From Bacillota bacterium (GTDB taxonomy: Bacteria > Bacillota > Dethiobacteria > DTU022), in assembly GCA_012727685.1 (NCBI GenBank), contig JAAYGO010000143.1, positions 1 to 62,777 on the forward strand: 62,777 bases of DNA. The letters are read 5' to 3'. The position numbers and the translations under genes are program-made. The notes under the pieces were generated by a model. The model was not told where the DNA came from and made no database searches. It worked only from the letters and a program-made list of their open reading frames with translations. Shown here in pieces: positions 18,886-28,596 of this stretch (position 1 is its first letter; the number at the start of each line of letters is the position of its first letter).

Positions 18886-19470
18886 ATGACCATCGCTGTT
18901 GCTCCACCGCCGCTTCAAACCTTTGACCTGCCGCTCCGCATAAATTTCAAAGAACCGGAAGCTGTTAATAAAATCGCATTTACCCTTACTTCTTTAATCA
19001 TAGCTTATGATCAAAACTATCGAAAATTGCAGAGATTGGTATTATGTATCGGATCAGACCGGTCTACCGGCGATGCGCTGGGGCCACTGGTTGGAGAGCG
19101 CCTCTCCAGCCTGAAACTTCCACGCACAGCGGTTATCGGAACCCTGGCGGAACCGGTTCATGCCCTCAATTTAAAGGAACATTTAAAACGAATCGAACTG
19201 TCTGGGAAACAGACACTTGTAATTGCCGTGGATGCCGCCCTGGGCAAACCGGACAGTATTGGCGTCATCGAAATTGGCCGGGGACCGCTGCACCCCGGAG
19301 CGGGAGTAAATAAGAAATTACCCCCGGTTGGACATATTTACCTCAGCGGGATAGTCAACCTGGGGGGCTTCATGGAACAAATGGTTTTACAGAGCACTCG
19401 CCTTTTTCATGTGATGAAACTGGCTGATGTGATCAGCCGGGCCTTGCAGCAGGCCCTGCTCCAAACATAA
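18886..19470 (+). CDS. yyaC: spore protease YyaC (DUF1256)
   Basis: The LCIGSDRSTGDALGPLVG motif is typical of YyaC/GPR-like proteases. This is the only plus-strand gene left of oriC. Confidence 0.85.
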   Translation: MTIAVAPPPLQTFDLPLRINFKEPEAVNKIAFTLTSLIIAYDQNYRKLQRLVLCIGSDRSTGDALGPLVGERLSSLKLPRTAVIGTLAEPVHALNLKEHLKRIELSGKQTLVIAVDAALGKPDSIGVIEIGRGPLHPGAGVNKKLPPVGHIYLSGIVNLGGFMEQMVLQSTRLFHVMKLADVISRALQQALLQT

Positions 19471-19517
19471 AAAACCGGCAGCAGCCGGCTTTGATTAAAA
19501 AAAGAGAAAAACAGCTA

Positions 19518-19937
19518 TTAATCCTTGAGGTCTTTCGGTAAAACCATTTTAGATTTGTCACTAATCCCATTCGGGGGGAGTTGATCCTTTCGCTTCATCT
19601 CTACATTCCCGGAAAAAAGGGCTCCATCGTCGACCAGTAAACCATTTGTCTTGATCTCGCCGATAACCACGCCGCTACTCTTGATTTCCAGCTTGCCCCC
19701 CAGATCCATGGTTCCTTCAAAGCGCCCGGCAACGGCTACATTGCGCGCCTTTAATTCAAGTGAAACACGGCCGCTTTCCCCGATGACCACATCGCCCTGG
19801 GTTTCAACGTCGCCTTCCATCACGCCGTCAATGCGGATCAACCCCTTGGCCTTAAGGGAACCCTGGAAGTGGGTATCCTTCCCGATCACCGTATTCACTT
19901 TATCCGGAGGTGTCTCCAACTGATCCTTTTTAAACAT
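19518..19937 (-). CDS. bactofilin (polymer-forming cytoskeletal protein, DUF583)
   Basis: Has repetitive beta-helix segments (IGKDTHFQGSLKAKGLIRIDGVMEGDVETQGDVVIGESGRV...). 139 aa. Confidence 0.85.
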   Translation of the reverse strand: MFKKDQLETPPDKVNTVIGKDTHFQGSLKAKGLIRIDGVMEGDVETQGDVVIGESGRVSLELKARNVAVAGRFEGTMDLGGKLEIKSSGVVIGEIKTNGLLVDDGALFSGNVEMKRKDQLPPNGISDKSKMVLPKDLKD

Positions 19938-19961
19938 CGTTTAGCCTCCCTGTTACAAATA

Positions 19962-20918
19962 CTATTGGATGTAATTCATTGGATTGACAGGAGTACCGTT
20001 CACCCGAACCTCGTAATGCAGGTGCGTTCCCGTGGCATTGCCGCTGCGCCCCATGTAGGCGATGATATCACCGCGCTCTACCCACTCACCGGCAGATACG
20101 GCAAAGCCGGATAAGTGGGCATAATAGGTTGTATAGCCATAACCGTGGCTGATGATCAATAGATTCCCCCAGCCCCGGCGGTAGGAGGCTGATGTAACCC
20201 AACCATCGGCAGTGGCGTATATTGGAGAACCGTAACTTGCGGCAATATCGATGCCGTCGTGAAATTCCATCACATTCCGGTTAAACGGAGACCGCCGCAT
20301 CCCAAAGGGAGAGGTCAAGGTCCCCCAGGCCGGCCAGATCGATGGCGTTGCCGCCCAGCGGCGCAAGGATTCTTCCACTTCGCTGCTCAATAATTCAAGC
20401 GATTCACTCTGCTCCGGCAAAAGGCGCTGTAAGGTAGCGATGTTAGACGCTGCCCGGTCTACCACCCGGCCTTCAGCAGTACGGCTTGCATAATAACGTG
20501 TTCCTTCATTGAGCTCCACCTGCGAAGATACTTCTGTGCTCCTGCTCTCGCTGCTCTCGCCGTCTTCAGATTCACCCTCATTTTCCAGTTCATCCGGATC
20601 CAACCCTAGCTTGTCGGCAACCAGTTCGGCCAAATCTTCGATTTGGGCCATCTGCTCCAATAGTTTCTGAGTCTCATAGGCAAATGCATTAATTTCTTCT
20701 TGCTGGACCTGGTTTATCTGGCGTAAAATCCGTGCTTCTCTGGCCTCCTGCGCAACATTGCGGTAAACGTAGAATAAAAAACAAATCCCGGTCAGGCCTA
20801 TAACGAATATCGCCGCCAGCATTTGACCAACCCAGAGGGGAAGGCGCAGGCTATATGTCGCCTCTTCGGAATGAGGGACAATCATAATCGTAAAACATCT
20901 CGCTCTTTTTTTCATCAT
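19962..20918 (-). CDS. M23 family metallopeptidase with N-terminal TM helix and coiled-coil
   Basis: HDGIDI and HLHYEVR motifs. ATG 20918 has GGAG 4 nt upstream. The track start overlaps the preceding gene. Confidence 0.85.
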   Translation of the reverse strand: MMKKRARCFTIMIVPHSEEATYSLRLPLWVGQMLAAIFVIGLTGICFLFYVYRNVAQEAREARILRQINQVQQEEINAFAYETQKLLEQMAQIEDLAELVADKLGLDPDELENEGESEDGESSESRSTEVSSQVELNEGTRYYASRTAEGRVVDRAASNIATLQRLLPEQSESLELLSSEVEESLRRWAATPSIWPAWGTLTSPFGMRRSPFNRNVMEFHDGIDIAASYGSPIYATADGWVTSASYRRGWGNLLIISHGYGYTTYYAHLSGFAVSAGEWVERGDIIAYMGRSGNATGTHLHYEVRVNGTPVNPMNYIQ

Positions 20919-20967
20919 AACACTCCATCCGGCTGGCACTCGAAAGCTAGGGAAAAGCCTCCAGGCT

Positions 20968-21483
20968 TCAACAGCCAATCATTTTTTTGGCCTCATCTAA
21001 GGCCTTGATTTCTTCTGCGCTAAGTGAATATGGGGAAACGCCATTCTTAACCGGTTTCCCGTAACAACGGCTTTCTTCCCGCCCAAAGATGCTGGTAACG
21101 ATCACCCCGTTTTGCTGTCGATCCAGTAGTGCCAGCGAAAAACTGAGATCGCTGCCCGTTTCTTGAAAAGCGTTATATCGGATCAGGCTGACGCCGGCTA
21201 TCGTGTTGATCAGCTGCTTTTCCACATTGGCCAACCGCAGTGCCAACTGTTTGCCCTGATCTTGGTTCGCCGTTATTAAGTCTCCATAGTGATTCAGCAG
21301 CTCTTCCAAATTGAGACCGTCGCGCTGCATCATTAATTTACGATATCCCTTTCGCAACGATGAGGCCGAAGCTAAAAAAAATACCGCCGCAATGAAAAAA
21401 AATACTGACACAAGCGCTACGGCCAGGATTATTTCACTGGAATAAAGTTCAATCCAAGATTGAACTTGCCCCCACCACATCAT
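20968..21483 (-). CDS. DUF4446 family protein
   Basis: N-terminal TM helix and an ...IRYNAFQETGSDLSFSLALLDRQQNGVIVTSIFGREESRCYGKPV... pattern typical of DUF4446. Position is conserved after parB in Firmicutes. Confidence 0.7.
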   Translation of the reverse strand: MMWWGQVQSWIELYSSEIILAVALVSVFFFIAAVFFLASASSLRKGYRKLMMQRDGLNLEELLNHYGDLITANQDQGKQLALRLANVEKQLINTIAGVSLIRYNAFQETGSDLSFSLALLDRQQNGVIVTSIFGREESRCYGKPVKNGVSPYSLSAEEIKALDEAKKMIGC

Positions 21484-21604
21484 CTTTTTACCTCCGCCCG
21501 GCTACAAACATTAAGAAAACTTAACAATATTAAGTTCGCCTTAAAAGATTAATAATCCTTTTTGGGGAAAAATTTTTTTATCACCTTTAACATGTTTGAC
21601 TCTG

Positions 21605-21620
21605 TGTTTCACGTGAAACA
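21605..21620. other. parS centromere-like site (perfect palindrome)
   Basis: TGTTTCACGTGAAACA matches the consensus TGTTNCACGTGAAACA at 16/16. It lies 2 nt beyond the parB stop codon. Confidence 0.85.
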
Positions 21621-21622
21621 TT

Positions 21623-22498
21623 TTAATTCAATTCTCCCGGTAGCAATAGAGCCACAAGGCGCTCCAGGTCTTCCTCGCCATAAAAATAGATTTCAATGCA
21701 ACTATTCTTTTCGCCATGTTTAATCTTTACCCTTGTTCCGAGATGGCGCTGCAGCAGCAGCAGCACTTCTTCTGTAACCGGATCGGTGGCCGGCATAATT
21801 TTTACTTTCTTTTTAACCTCTTTGGGGGAGATACTTTTCTTCTGGTATCCGGCAACCAGCCTCTCCGCCTCGCGGGCCGTCAGCCCCCGCTCCATAATGA
21901 TTTCGCCCAGTTCCTGTTGAAGCTTTTGATCCGTTATTCCCAGAAGAGGCCTAACCTGTCCGGCGGTGATCGCTCCTTTGCAGAGGGCTTCTCTAATCGA
22001 ATCAGGAAGCATGAGCAACCTTAAGGTGTTAGCCACAGCCGAACGGCTTTTGCCAATGCGGTTGGCCAGTTTCTCCTGGGTAAAACCGAACTCGTCTATT
22101 AAGCGGCGGTAAGCCATTGCCTCTTCCACCGGATTCAAGTCTTCACGCTGGAGGTTTTCAATCAGGGCAATTTCCAGCATTTCGCTCTGATCGTAATGGC
22201 GCACTACGGCCGGCACCTTGCTAAGCCCGGCCAATTGAGCGGCTCGAAAACGCCTTTCACCGGCAACGAGAGTATAACCTTCTTCACTGGGAGCAACCAC
22301 CAGGGCTTGAACGATGCCGTGTTCTCTGATTGAGTCCGCCAGTTCCTGTAATTTGTCAGGGTCAAAATTGGCTCGTGGCTGATAGGGATTGGCCTGGATC
22401 AGTGAGATGTCGATTTCCTTTACATTCGAATCGCTTTCTGCCGCTGCCGGAATGAGCGCTCCCAGTCCTCTGCCTAATCGCCTTTTTTCACTAGCCAT
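21623..22498 (-). CDS. parB: chromosome partitioning protein ParB/Spo0J
   Basis: LGRGLGALI N-terminal box, ParB-box GERRFRAA, an HTH segment, and overlap with the parA stop. Confidence 0.9.
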   Translation of the reverse strand: MASEKRRLGRGLGALIPAAAESDSNVKEIDISLIQANPYQPRANFDPDKLQELADSIREHGIVQALVVAPSEEGYTLVAGERRFRAAQLAGLSKVPAVVRHYDQSEMLEIALIENLQREDLNPVEEAMAYRRLIDEFGFTQEKLANRIGKSRSAVANTLRLLMLPDSIREALCKGAITAGQVRPLLGITDQKLQQELGEIIMERGLTAREAERLVAGYQKKSISPKEVKKKVKIMPATDPVTEEVLLLLQRHLGTRVKIKHGEKNSCIEIYFYGEEDLERLVALLLPGELN

Positions 22499-23250
22499 CT
22501 AGCCACCTCCTTCGCGAGTGCAAGGTATAGTGCCGCACCCCTGCTATGCGGATCATAATCAAGAATATGTTTTCCATAACTCGGCGCCTCGCTAAGGCGT
22601 ACATTGCGGGGAATAATGGTGTCATAAACAAGCTCTTTAAAGTGATTCTTTACTTCTTGCGTGACCTGCTCAGACAGCTTTGTCCGAGAGTCATACATGG
22701 TGAGCACTACACCTTCGATTTTCAACTTTTCATTGAGGTGTTTGCGCACCAGCGTAATCGTATTCATCAGCTGCCCCAGGCCTTCCAGGGCATAATACTC
22801 GCACTGAATTGGGATGATGACACCATCGGCGGCGGTTAAAGCATTCAAGGTTAACAGCCCCAGCGATGGCGGGCAATCGATTATCACGTAAGCATAATTA
22901 TTTTTTACTGTTTTTAATGCCTCCCTGAGCTTAACCTCACGCGATACTGTGGGCACCAGTTCGATTTCCGCTCCTGCCAGTTGAATTGTGGCGGGAACCA
23001 CGTATAAATTCTTCCAGGCTGAAGGCAGAATAATTTTCTCTAAGCTGATTTCGTTAATCAGGGCATCATAGATGCAGGCCCTAATGTCTTTCTTCTGTAG
23101 ACCGACACCGCTAGTCGCGTTGCCCTGTGGATCGCTGTCCAGTAGAAGCACTTTATATCCCAGTTGAGCAAGGGCGGCGCTTAAATTTACTGCGGTAGTC
23201 GTTTTCCCTACCCCGCCTTTTTGGTTCGCTATGGCAATTACATGAGACAT
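22474..23250 (-). CDS. parA: chromosome partitioning ATPase ParA/Soj
   Basis: Deviant Walker A KGGVGKTT directly after MSHVIAIANQ. ATG 23250 has AAGAGGAG 7 nt upstream, so the track's 20-aa extension is rejected. Confidence 0.9.
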   Translation of the reverse strand: MSHVIAIANQKGGVGKTTTAVNLSAALAQLGYKVLLLDSDPQGNATSGVGLQKKDIRACIYDALINEISLEKIILPSAWKNLYVVPATIQLAGAEIELVPTVSREVKLREALKTVKNNYAYVIIDCPPSLGLLTLNALTAADGVIIPIQCEYYALEGLGQLMNTITLVRKHLNEKLKIEGVVLTMYDSRTKLSEQVTQEVKNHFKELVYDTIIPRNVRLSEAPSYGKHILDYDPHSRGAALYLALAKEVARWLVKKGD

Positions 23251-23347
23251 CGTTTCGCTCCTCTTATTTGTGATTTTACAAACATGTTGGCAACTGCTGC
23301 TCCACTTCATTTATGCATCGAGGCCTCAATGGCGCTGCAAGCTGCTT

Positions 23348-24169
23348 TCAGCGCCGGAACAACCTAATTTTCACCTCGATAAAATCATCTTCCACCTTTT
23401 CTTCAACTTCAGGTGAAAGCCCGGAATCTTTAATCAGCCTGACTGCTTCACGAATTGTATTCAGAAAAATGCGGTGATCGCGGATAATCCCTTTGTTGAT
23501 TTTTTTGGTCTTTGCCTTTGCCGTGCCAAGCAGTTGTTCGATTCTTTTTTCAGTCTGGCTCACGGTAAGTCCCTTGTCGATAATTTCCGCGATCATTTTC
23601 TGCTGTTGAGCCTCGGTGTTTAATTTAAGCAAGGCCCGTGCATGCCGTTCCGTAAGCTTCTCCTCGATTAAGGCCCGTTTAACCGATTCCGGTAATTTTA
23701 ACAACCTTAACTTATTGGCGATGGTCGATTGACTCTTTCCGAGGCGCTGCGCCAGCACTTCCTGGGTCAGGTTAAACTCATTGATCAACCGTGCGTAACC
23801 GCTAGCCTCTTCAATAAAGTTTAAATTTTCTCTTTGCAAATTTTCGATGAGGGCAATTGCAGCCATGGCGCTGTCGGATAAATCCTTGATGATGGCCGTT
23901 ATCGTATTCAAACCTAGTTTTTTACATGCCACCAACCGCCTTTCCCCGGCTACCAGTTGGAAAGAGCGGCCGGCGCGACGAACAATGATCGGCTGCAGTA
24001 GTCCGTAGGTTTTGATCGATTGCATCAACTCCGCAATTGTATCATCGGGGAAATTCCGTCTTGGCTGATAAGGATTGGGCTCGATATCCTGTATCTTTAT
24101 CACAGCCACCTTGTCTTTGCCCGGTTCAGGATCAGGAAATAAAAGATTATGAAACCGGTTTTCTTTCAT
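23348..24169 (-). CDS. noc: nucleoid occlusion protein Noc (ParB paralogue)
   Basis: ParB-like core (GERRLVA, HTH). The N-terminal MKENRFHNLLF resembles the Noc membrane-targeting helix. Lies in rsmG-noc-parA-parB synteny. ATG 24169 has AGGTGA 6 nt upstream. Confidence 0.8.
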   Translation of the reverse strand: MKENRFHNLLFPDPEPGKDKVAVIKIQDIEPNPYQPRRNFPDDTIAELMQSIKTYGLLQPIIVRRAGRSFQLVAGERRLVACKKLGLNTITAIIKDLSDSAMAAIALIENLQRENLNFIEEASGYARLINEFNLTQEVLAQRLGKSQSTIANKLRLLKLPESVKRALIEEKLTERHARALLKLNTEAQQQKMIAEIIDKGLTVSQTEKRIEQLLGTAKAKTKKINKGIIRDHRIFLNTIREAVRLIKDSGLSPEVEEKVEDDFIEVKIRLFRR

Positions 24170-24243
24170 TAACAATCACCTGCTTTTTTGGCTTATGAAA
24201 ATTATTAGACAACGGAGAGTGCATTCCTTCAATTAATAATCAA

Positions 24244-24963
24244 TTAGTCGCGCAGAGGCTGCTTGGCTGGTCTGCCAACCCGCCTGGGGTATTGTGGAGG
24301 GGTGTTTTTTATCTTTTTAACAATGTAGATGCATCGCTCTTCTCCGGTGAGGAGACGATATTGCTTGCAAGAATCGATGCTGCCGCCACAAATCGAAATA
24401 GCCTTTGACGCCTCTCTCATTTCCTCGTTGCCCCGTGGTCCTTTATAGAATATAACCTGCCCGCCGACACTGCAGAGCGGCAGGGCTAACTCAGCGAGAA
24501 CCACAGCCGGAGCAACCGCCCGGCTGACGACCACTCCAAATCTCTCGCGAAAATCAGGATTCTGCCCCCACTCTTCGGCCCGTCCCGGCAAAAAATGCAA
24601 ACGCTCCAAGGCGAGCTCTCGCATTACTCTCCTTAAAAAATTAATGCGCGCGCGATTTGCATCCATTAAAAAAAACACATGTTCGGGCAAGCAAATTTTT
24701 AAAGGTATACCGGGTAAACCCGCACCGGTTCCCAGGTCTAAGATCTCGAAGAGTGGCAATTGCATCAACGAAAGGAGATAAAGGGAATCGTAGATATGTT
24801 TATGATAAAGCAGGTAGGGAGTATTATCTCCGACCAGGCGCTGGACGGATACCCTTTCCAATAATATCTGCACATACTTTTGTAATTGATTGTACTTTCG
24901 AACGTCAATTTCTAGGCCTAAACTCTCGATCACTTCCTGGAGAAGGTTATCCCGGCTATCCAT
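24244..24963 (-). CDS. rsmG: 16S rRNA (guanine527-N7)-methyltransferase
   Basis: SAM motif ILDLGTGAGLPGIPL. ATG 24963 has AAGGAG 6 nt upstream and lies 17 nt after the mnmE stop. Confidence 0.9.
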   Translation of the reverse strand: MDSRDNLLQEVIESLGLEIDVRKYNQLQKYVQILLERVSVQRLVGDNTPYLLYHKHIYDSLYLLSLMQLPLFEILDLGTGAGLPGIPLKICLPEHVFFLMDANRARINFLRRVMRELALERLHFLPGRAEEWGQNPDFRERFGVVVSRAVAPAVVLAELALPLCSVGGQVIFYKGPRGNEEMREASKAISICGGSIDSCKQYRLLTGEERCIYIVKKIKNTPPQYPRRVGRPAKQPLRD

Positions 24964-24980
24964 CCTCTGCTCCTTTTTGT

Positions 24981-26384
24981 TCACTTGCCAATGCAAAACT
25001 CACTAAAAATTTTATCTAAAAGCTGGTCATCGACTGTATCGCCGGTAATTTCGCCGAGTTTATGCCAGGCTTCCCTTAACTCAAGGCTTACAAACTCTAA
25101 AGGACGGCTCTCGCAGGCCTCGATGGCATTTTTAACGCTGACCAGGGCTTCTTTGGCAGCTATTTCATGTCGCATCGACAAAAGCTGCGCCGGTTCACCG
25201 GAACTTGTAAAGCTTTGATCCAATAGTTCAACAATCGATTCTTCCAATAGCTGGATACCTTCCCCTGCTATTGCGGCAGTGCGGACAACCTTTACGCCCG
25301 GAAAACGCTGTTCTAGAGCGCTGATATTCAATAACGGCTTGAGATCTTTTTTATTCACCACAATAATCAATTTGTGTTCCTCGGCAACCAGATCCATTAC
25401 GGCCTCATCCGCCTTTTGCAATGGTTGTGAGCCATCCAACACAACAAGCAGTAGTCGCGCCGCGGCTACTGCTTCCTTGGTCCGTGTAATCCCAATCTGC
25501 TCGACGGGATTCGCCGTATCATGAATTCCCGCCGTATCAATCAGGCGCAAGGGATACCCCCCGATCAGCAGATAACCCTCCAGGAGATCCCGCGTTGTTC
25601 CCGGCATATCATGGACAATTGCACGTTGCTGCCGGAGCAAAGCATTTAACAACGAAGACTTTCCCACATTGGGTCTTCCCACAATGGCTGTATCTATCCC
25701 TTCCCGGTAGGCCCTTCCTCTCTCTGCAGTAGCAATCAGCTCCTGAAGAGTTCTGCTGATTGCCTCCAGCTCGTCCTTCACCTGCTTAAAAAATAGCAAA
25801 TCCGCCTCCACATCTTCAGGAAAATCGATTACTGCATCCACCCTGGCCAGGGTTGTTATAATTGAGTCCCGTATGCCCGTAGTCTTTCGATAGAGCCTTC
25901 CCTGCAGGTTAAGTGCAGCTTGCTTAACCCCCTCTGCGGAACGCGCTCTAATGACGTGCAGTATGCTCTCGGCGCGGCTCAAATCTATCCGCCCGTTAAG
26001 AAAAGCTCTTCTTGTAAACTCCCCCGGTTCAGCCAGCCTGGCCCCGTTTTTAATCGTTAAATCCAAAATCAGGCGCAGTGTAAATACACCGCTGTGACAA
26101 TTTATTTCCACCGTATCCTCTCGCGTATAAGTGTGAGGCGCCTTCATAAAAGACAACAGCACTTCGTCGATCGGGTCTCCCTGCCCATCGACAATATAAC
26201 CGTGATAGAGAAAATGAGAACGGGGGAAATCGGGTTGATTACTTTTTGAGGTAAAAAATATCTTTCGCGCAATGCGAAAAGCATCGGGACCGCTCATTCT
26301 GACGATCCCGATCCCTCCTTCGCCCATTGGTGTGCTGATTGCCGTAATCGTATCTGAAAACAAAACAAATGCCCCTTCATGCAA
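24981..26384 (-). CDS. mnmE: tRNA modification GTPase MnmE
   Basis: DTITAISTPMGEGGIGIVRMSG N-terminus, G-domain GRPNVGKSS...DTAG...NKKD, and C-terminal CIGK. Confidence 0.95.
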   Translation of the reverse strand: MHEGAFVLFSDTITAISTPMGEGGIGIVRMSGPDAFRIARKIFFTSKSNQPDFPRSHFLYHGYIVDGQGDPIDEVLLSFMKAPHTYTREDTVEINCHSGVFTLRLILDLTIKNGARLAEPGEFTRRAFLNGRIDLSRAESILHVIRARSAEGVKQAALNLQGRLYRKTTGIRDSIITTLARVDAVIDFPEDVEADLLFFKQVKDELEAISRTLQELIATAERGRAYREGIDTAIVGRPNVGKSSLLNALLRQQRAIVHDMPGTTRDLLEGYLLIGGYPLRLIDTAGIHDTANPVEQIGITRTKEAVAAARLLLVVLDGSQPLQKADEAVMDLVAEEHKLIIVVNKKDLKPLLNISALEQRFPGVKVVRTAAIAGEGIQLLEESIVELLDQSFTSSGEPAQLLSMRHEIAAKEALVSVKNAIEACESRPLEFVSLELREAWHKLGEITGDTVDDQLLDKIFSEFCIGK

Positions 26385-26443
26385 ATATGTTTTCTAGCGG
26401 ACGTTGACACCGAAAAAGGCAACTCTTAATTCATTGATTGATC

Positions 26444-26470
26444 AAAAAACCGCTCCCGCAAAGGAGCGGC
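26444..26470 (-). terminator. Rho-independent terminator after jag
   Basis: On the minus strand, CCGCTCC-TTTGC-GGGAGCGG forms a hairpin followed by TTTTTTG. Confidence 0.6.
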
Positions 26471-26484
26471 TGCCGGCCCATATT

Positions 26485-27105
26485 TTAACGCGGCGCAATC
26501 ACTACTTTGCGGTAGGGTTCCTCCCCTTTGCTGTAGGTTATTACATTATTATCTCCCTTTAATGCCAGGTGAATGATCCTTCTCTCTTGAGGGGTCATCG
26601 GTTCCAGCACCTGTTCCTCGCCAAGCCTGTCCACTTTTCTGGCAATACTTTTCGCCAGTTGCGTCAGCGTCTTTTCTCGCCTTTCCCGGTATCCTTCCAC
26701 GTCAACGATGATCATCTTTTTGATTCCTGAAAATTGTCGTTTAATAATCGTGTTCAGTAGATACTGTAATTCATTTAAAGTTCGCCCGCGCCGTCCAATT
26801 AAAGATCCTATACGCTTGCCGTTAATGGATGCGATAATTTTTTCCTCGTCTTCCTCGACTGCTACTGTCCCTTCAAGATTCATATACTTGATCAGTTCCG
26901 CCAGAAAGTGTTCGAGATACTGTGCCGGTGGAAATAATACCTTTGCGTTGATCCGGGCATCTTTTGCCCCAATCAAATTAAACAGGCCTTGAGCCGGTTC
27001 ACTCAACACCTTGATATCTAGATTATTTCTCTTAACGCCGAGGGTATCCAGAGCCTTTTGGATCGCCTCGTCAATTGTCCGACCAGTAGTTTCGATTTCG
27101 ATCAT
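26485..27105 (-). CDS. jag: Jag/KhpB RNA-binding protein (Jag_N, KH, R3H domains)
   Basis: R3H-type motif near the C-terminus (MTPQERRIIHLAL) and a KH segment. Overlaps the yidC stop. Confidence 0.85.
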   Translation of the reverse strand: MIEIETTGRTIDEAIQKALDTLGVKRNNLDIKVLSEPAQGLFNLIGAKDARINAKVLFPPAQYLEHFLAELIKYMNLEGTVAVEEDEEKIIASINGKRIGSLIGRRGRTLNELQYLLNTIIKRQFSGIKKMIIVDVEGYRERREKTLTQLAKSIARKVDRLGEEQVLEPMTPQERRIIHLALKGDNNVITYSKGEEPYRKVVIAPR

Positions 27106-27830
27106 TTTTGTTGTTTATCTCCCTTTTCCCCTTTATCTTCCGGGCTTTTTCCCTTTATTCCTTTCATATAGTTCATGACATAATGTTGCCCCATAGAAAA
27201 CAGGTTGTTCAGGATCCAATATAAAACCAATCCTGTCGGGAAATTAAAACTAAAGTAAACTATCAATACCGGCATCATATATAACATCAGTTTTTGGTTT
27301 GTATCTCCCAGGGTTTGCTTCTGGTAAATGAAGGTGGTAATGCCGGCAATGAGTGGAAACATGTAATAGGCCAGAGATTCTGGATTGAGGAGGTAGGCAG
27401 CATTAAATTTTTCAATATGCAGTAAGTCGATAAATTCCCAGGCGGGAATCAGAAAAGAGTTAAATTCAATCTTGATGAATTTATCAGCCTGGCTAAGCAG
27501 CCGGAACATCCCGACCAAAATGGGAAACTGGATCAACAAAGGAAGACAGCCGGCCATGGGGTTAACATTGTGCTGCTGCAATAATTCTGCCATGGCCTTG
27601 TTCTGTTTCTCTTTATCGTGTTTATACTTCGTCTGGATCCGTTTAATCTCAGGCTGTAGCTCTTGCATCTTTTTGGCGGATTGAATTTGCTTGTTATTTA
27701 ATGGAAAGGTGATCAATTTGACCAGAACTGTTAAGATAATAATTGAAATGCCGAAATTAGGGATGATGGTATAAACATAGCTTAGCACGATACCAAATAA
27801 TTCGGCAATTGCGTCAATCAATTGACCCAT
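27102..27830 (-). CDS. yidC: YidC/Oxa1-family membrane protein insertase (SpoIIIJ-like)
   Basis: Five TM pattern with PLxxKQ (FPLNNKQIQSAKKMQELQPE), NPMAGCLPLLIQ.P and a basic C-tail. Confidence 0.9.
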   Translation of the reverse strand: MGQLIDAIAELFGIVLSYVYTIIPNFGISIIILTVLVKLITFPLNNKQIQSAKKMQELQPEIKRIQTKYKHDKEKQNKAMAELLQQHNVNPMAGCLPLLIQFPILVGMFRLLSQADKFIKIEFNSFLIPAWEFIDLLHIEKFNAAYLLNPESLAYYMFPLIAGITTFIYQKQTLGDTNQKLMLYMMPVLIVYFSFNFPTGLVLYWILNNLFSMGQHYVMNYMKGIKGKSPEDKGEKGDKQQK

Positions 27831-27856
27831 TTATAAATCCTCCTAATAAATCTTAC

Positions 27857-28108
27857 TCACTTAACAGGATCGTATCCTCCGGGGTTGAACGGATGGCAAC
27901 GCAATATCCTCTTTATACCGAGCATCATTCCCTTGATTACCCCGTATCGTGCTATCGCCTCATAACAATACTGCGAACATGAAGGATAGAAACGGCAAAC
28001 CCGCGGTTTTAGTGGTGATATAACTCTCTGGTAAATTAGAATAAGATATAAAAACAATTTGGCGAGGATCCTGTTTAAGTTCAGTTGAGCAATTTTCCTT
28101 TCATACAA
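27857..28108 (-). CDS. yidD: membrane protein insertion efficiency factor YidD
   Basis: [10 protein letters not shown]...[11 protein letters not shown] signature. Confidence 0.85.
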   Translation of the reverse strand: MYERKIAQLNLNRILAKLFLYLILIYQRVISPLKPRVCRFYPSCSQYCYEAIARYGVIKGMMLGIKRILRCHPFNPGGYDPVK

Positions 28109-28413
28109 AGAAAGAGCAGCTCCTCCCGCGCTTTGTGGAAATTCATCTGGATCACCGGTTTCCGGGCTACCAGCACAAAGTCAAAACCCTTTTTCAGATT
28201 TTCCCGCATCGAACGAAAGGCTTCCCTATAGATTCGCTTAATGCGATTTCTGACCACACTTTTTCCGATCTTTTTACTGATCGAAAAACCGATGCGATTA
28301 TAGTTGAGCCGGTTTACATGATAATAGAGAACCACATTGGGTGATACCAGAGTCTTTCCAAAACGATAAACGCGCTTAAACTCCCAGCTTTTCTTTATCC
28401 GGACGAGATCCAT
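28081..28413 (-). CDS. rnpA: ribonuclease P protein component
   Basis: 110 aa basic protein with [14 protein letters not shown] (RNR motif). Lies in rpmH-rnpA synteny. Confidence 0.9.
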   Translation of the reverse strand: MDLVRIKKSWEFKRVYRFGKTLVSPNVVLYYHVNRLNYNRIGFSISKKIGKSVVRNRIKRIYREAFRSMRENLKKGFDFVLVARKPVIQMNFHKAREELLFLCMKGKLLN

Positions 28414-28420
28414 TTCTAGA

Positions 28421-28555
28421 TCAAGCGCTTATTCTTTTTCTAATCTTTGCGCGCCGTCTTTTTAAGACCATCCGTCCGGCTTTTGTACTCATTCTTTTTA
28501 GAAAACCATGGATCCTTTTTCTCTTTCTTTTTTTAGGCTGATATGTCCTTTTCAT
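28421..28555 (-). CDS. rpmH: 50S ribosomal protein L34
   Basis: [44 protein letters not shown], 44 aa. The track ORF carries a spurious 19-aa extension. Confidence 0.95.
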   Translation of the reverse strand: MKRTYQPKKRKRKRIHGFLKRMSTKAGRMVLKRRRAKIRKRISA

Positions 28556-28596
28556 GATCGTTCCTCTCCAGGCACTTTTTGTCCAGAATATAAGAA

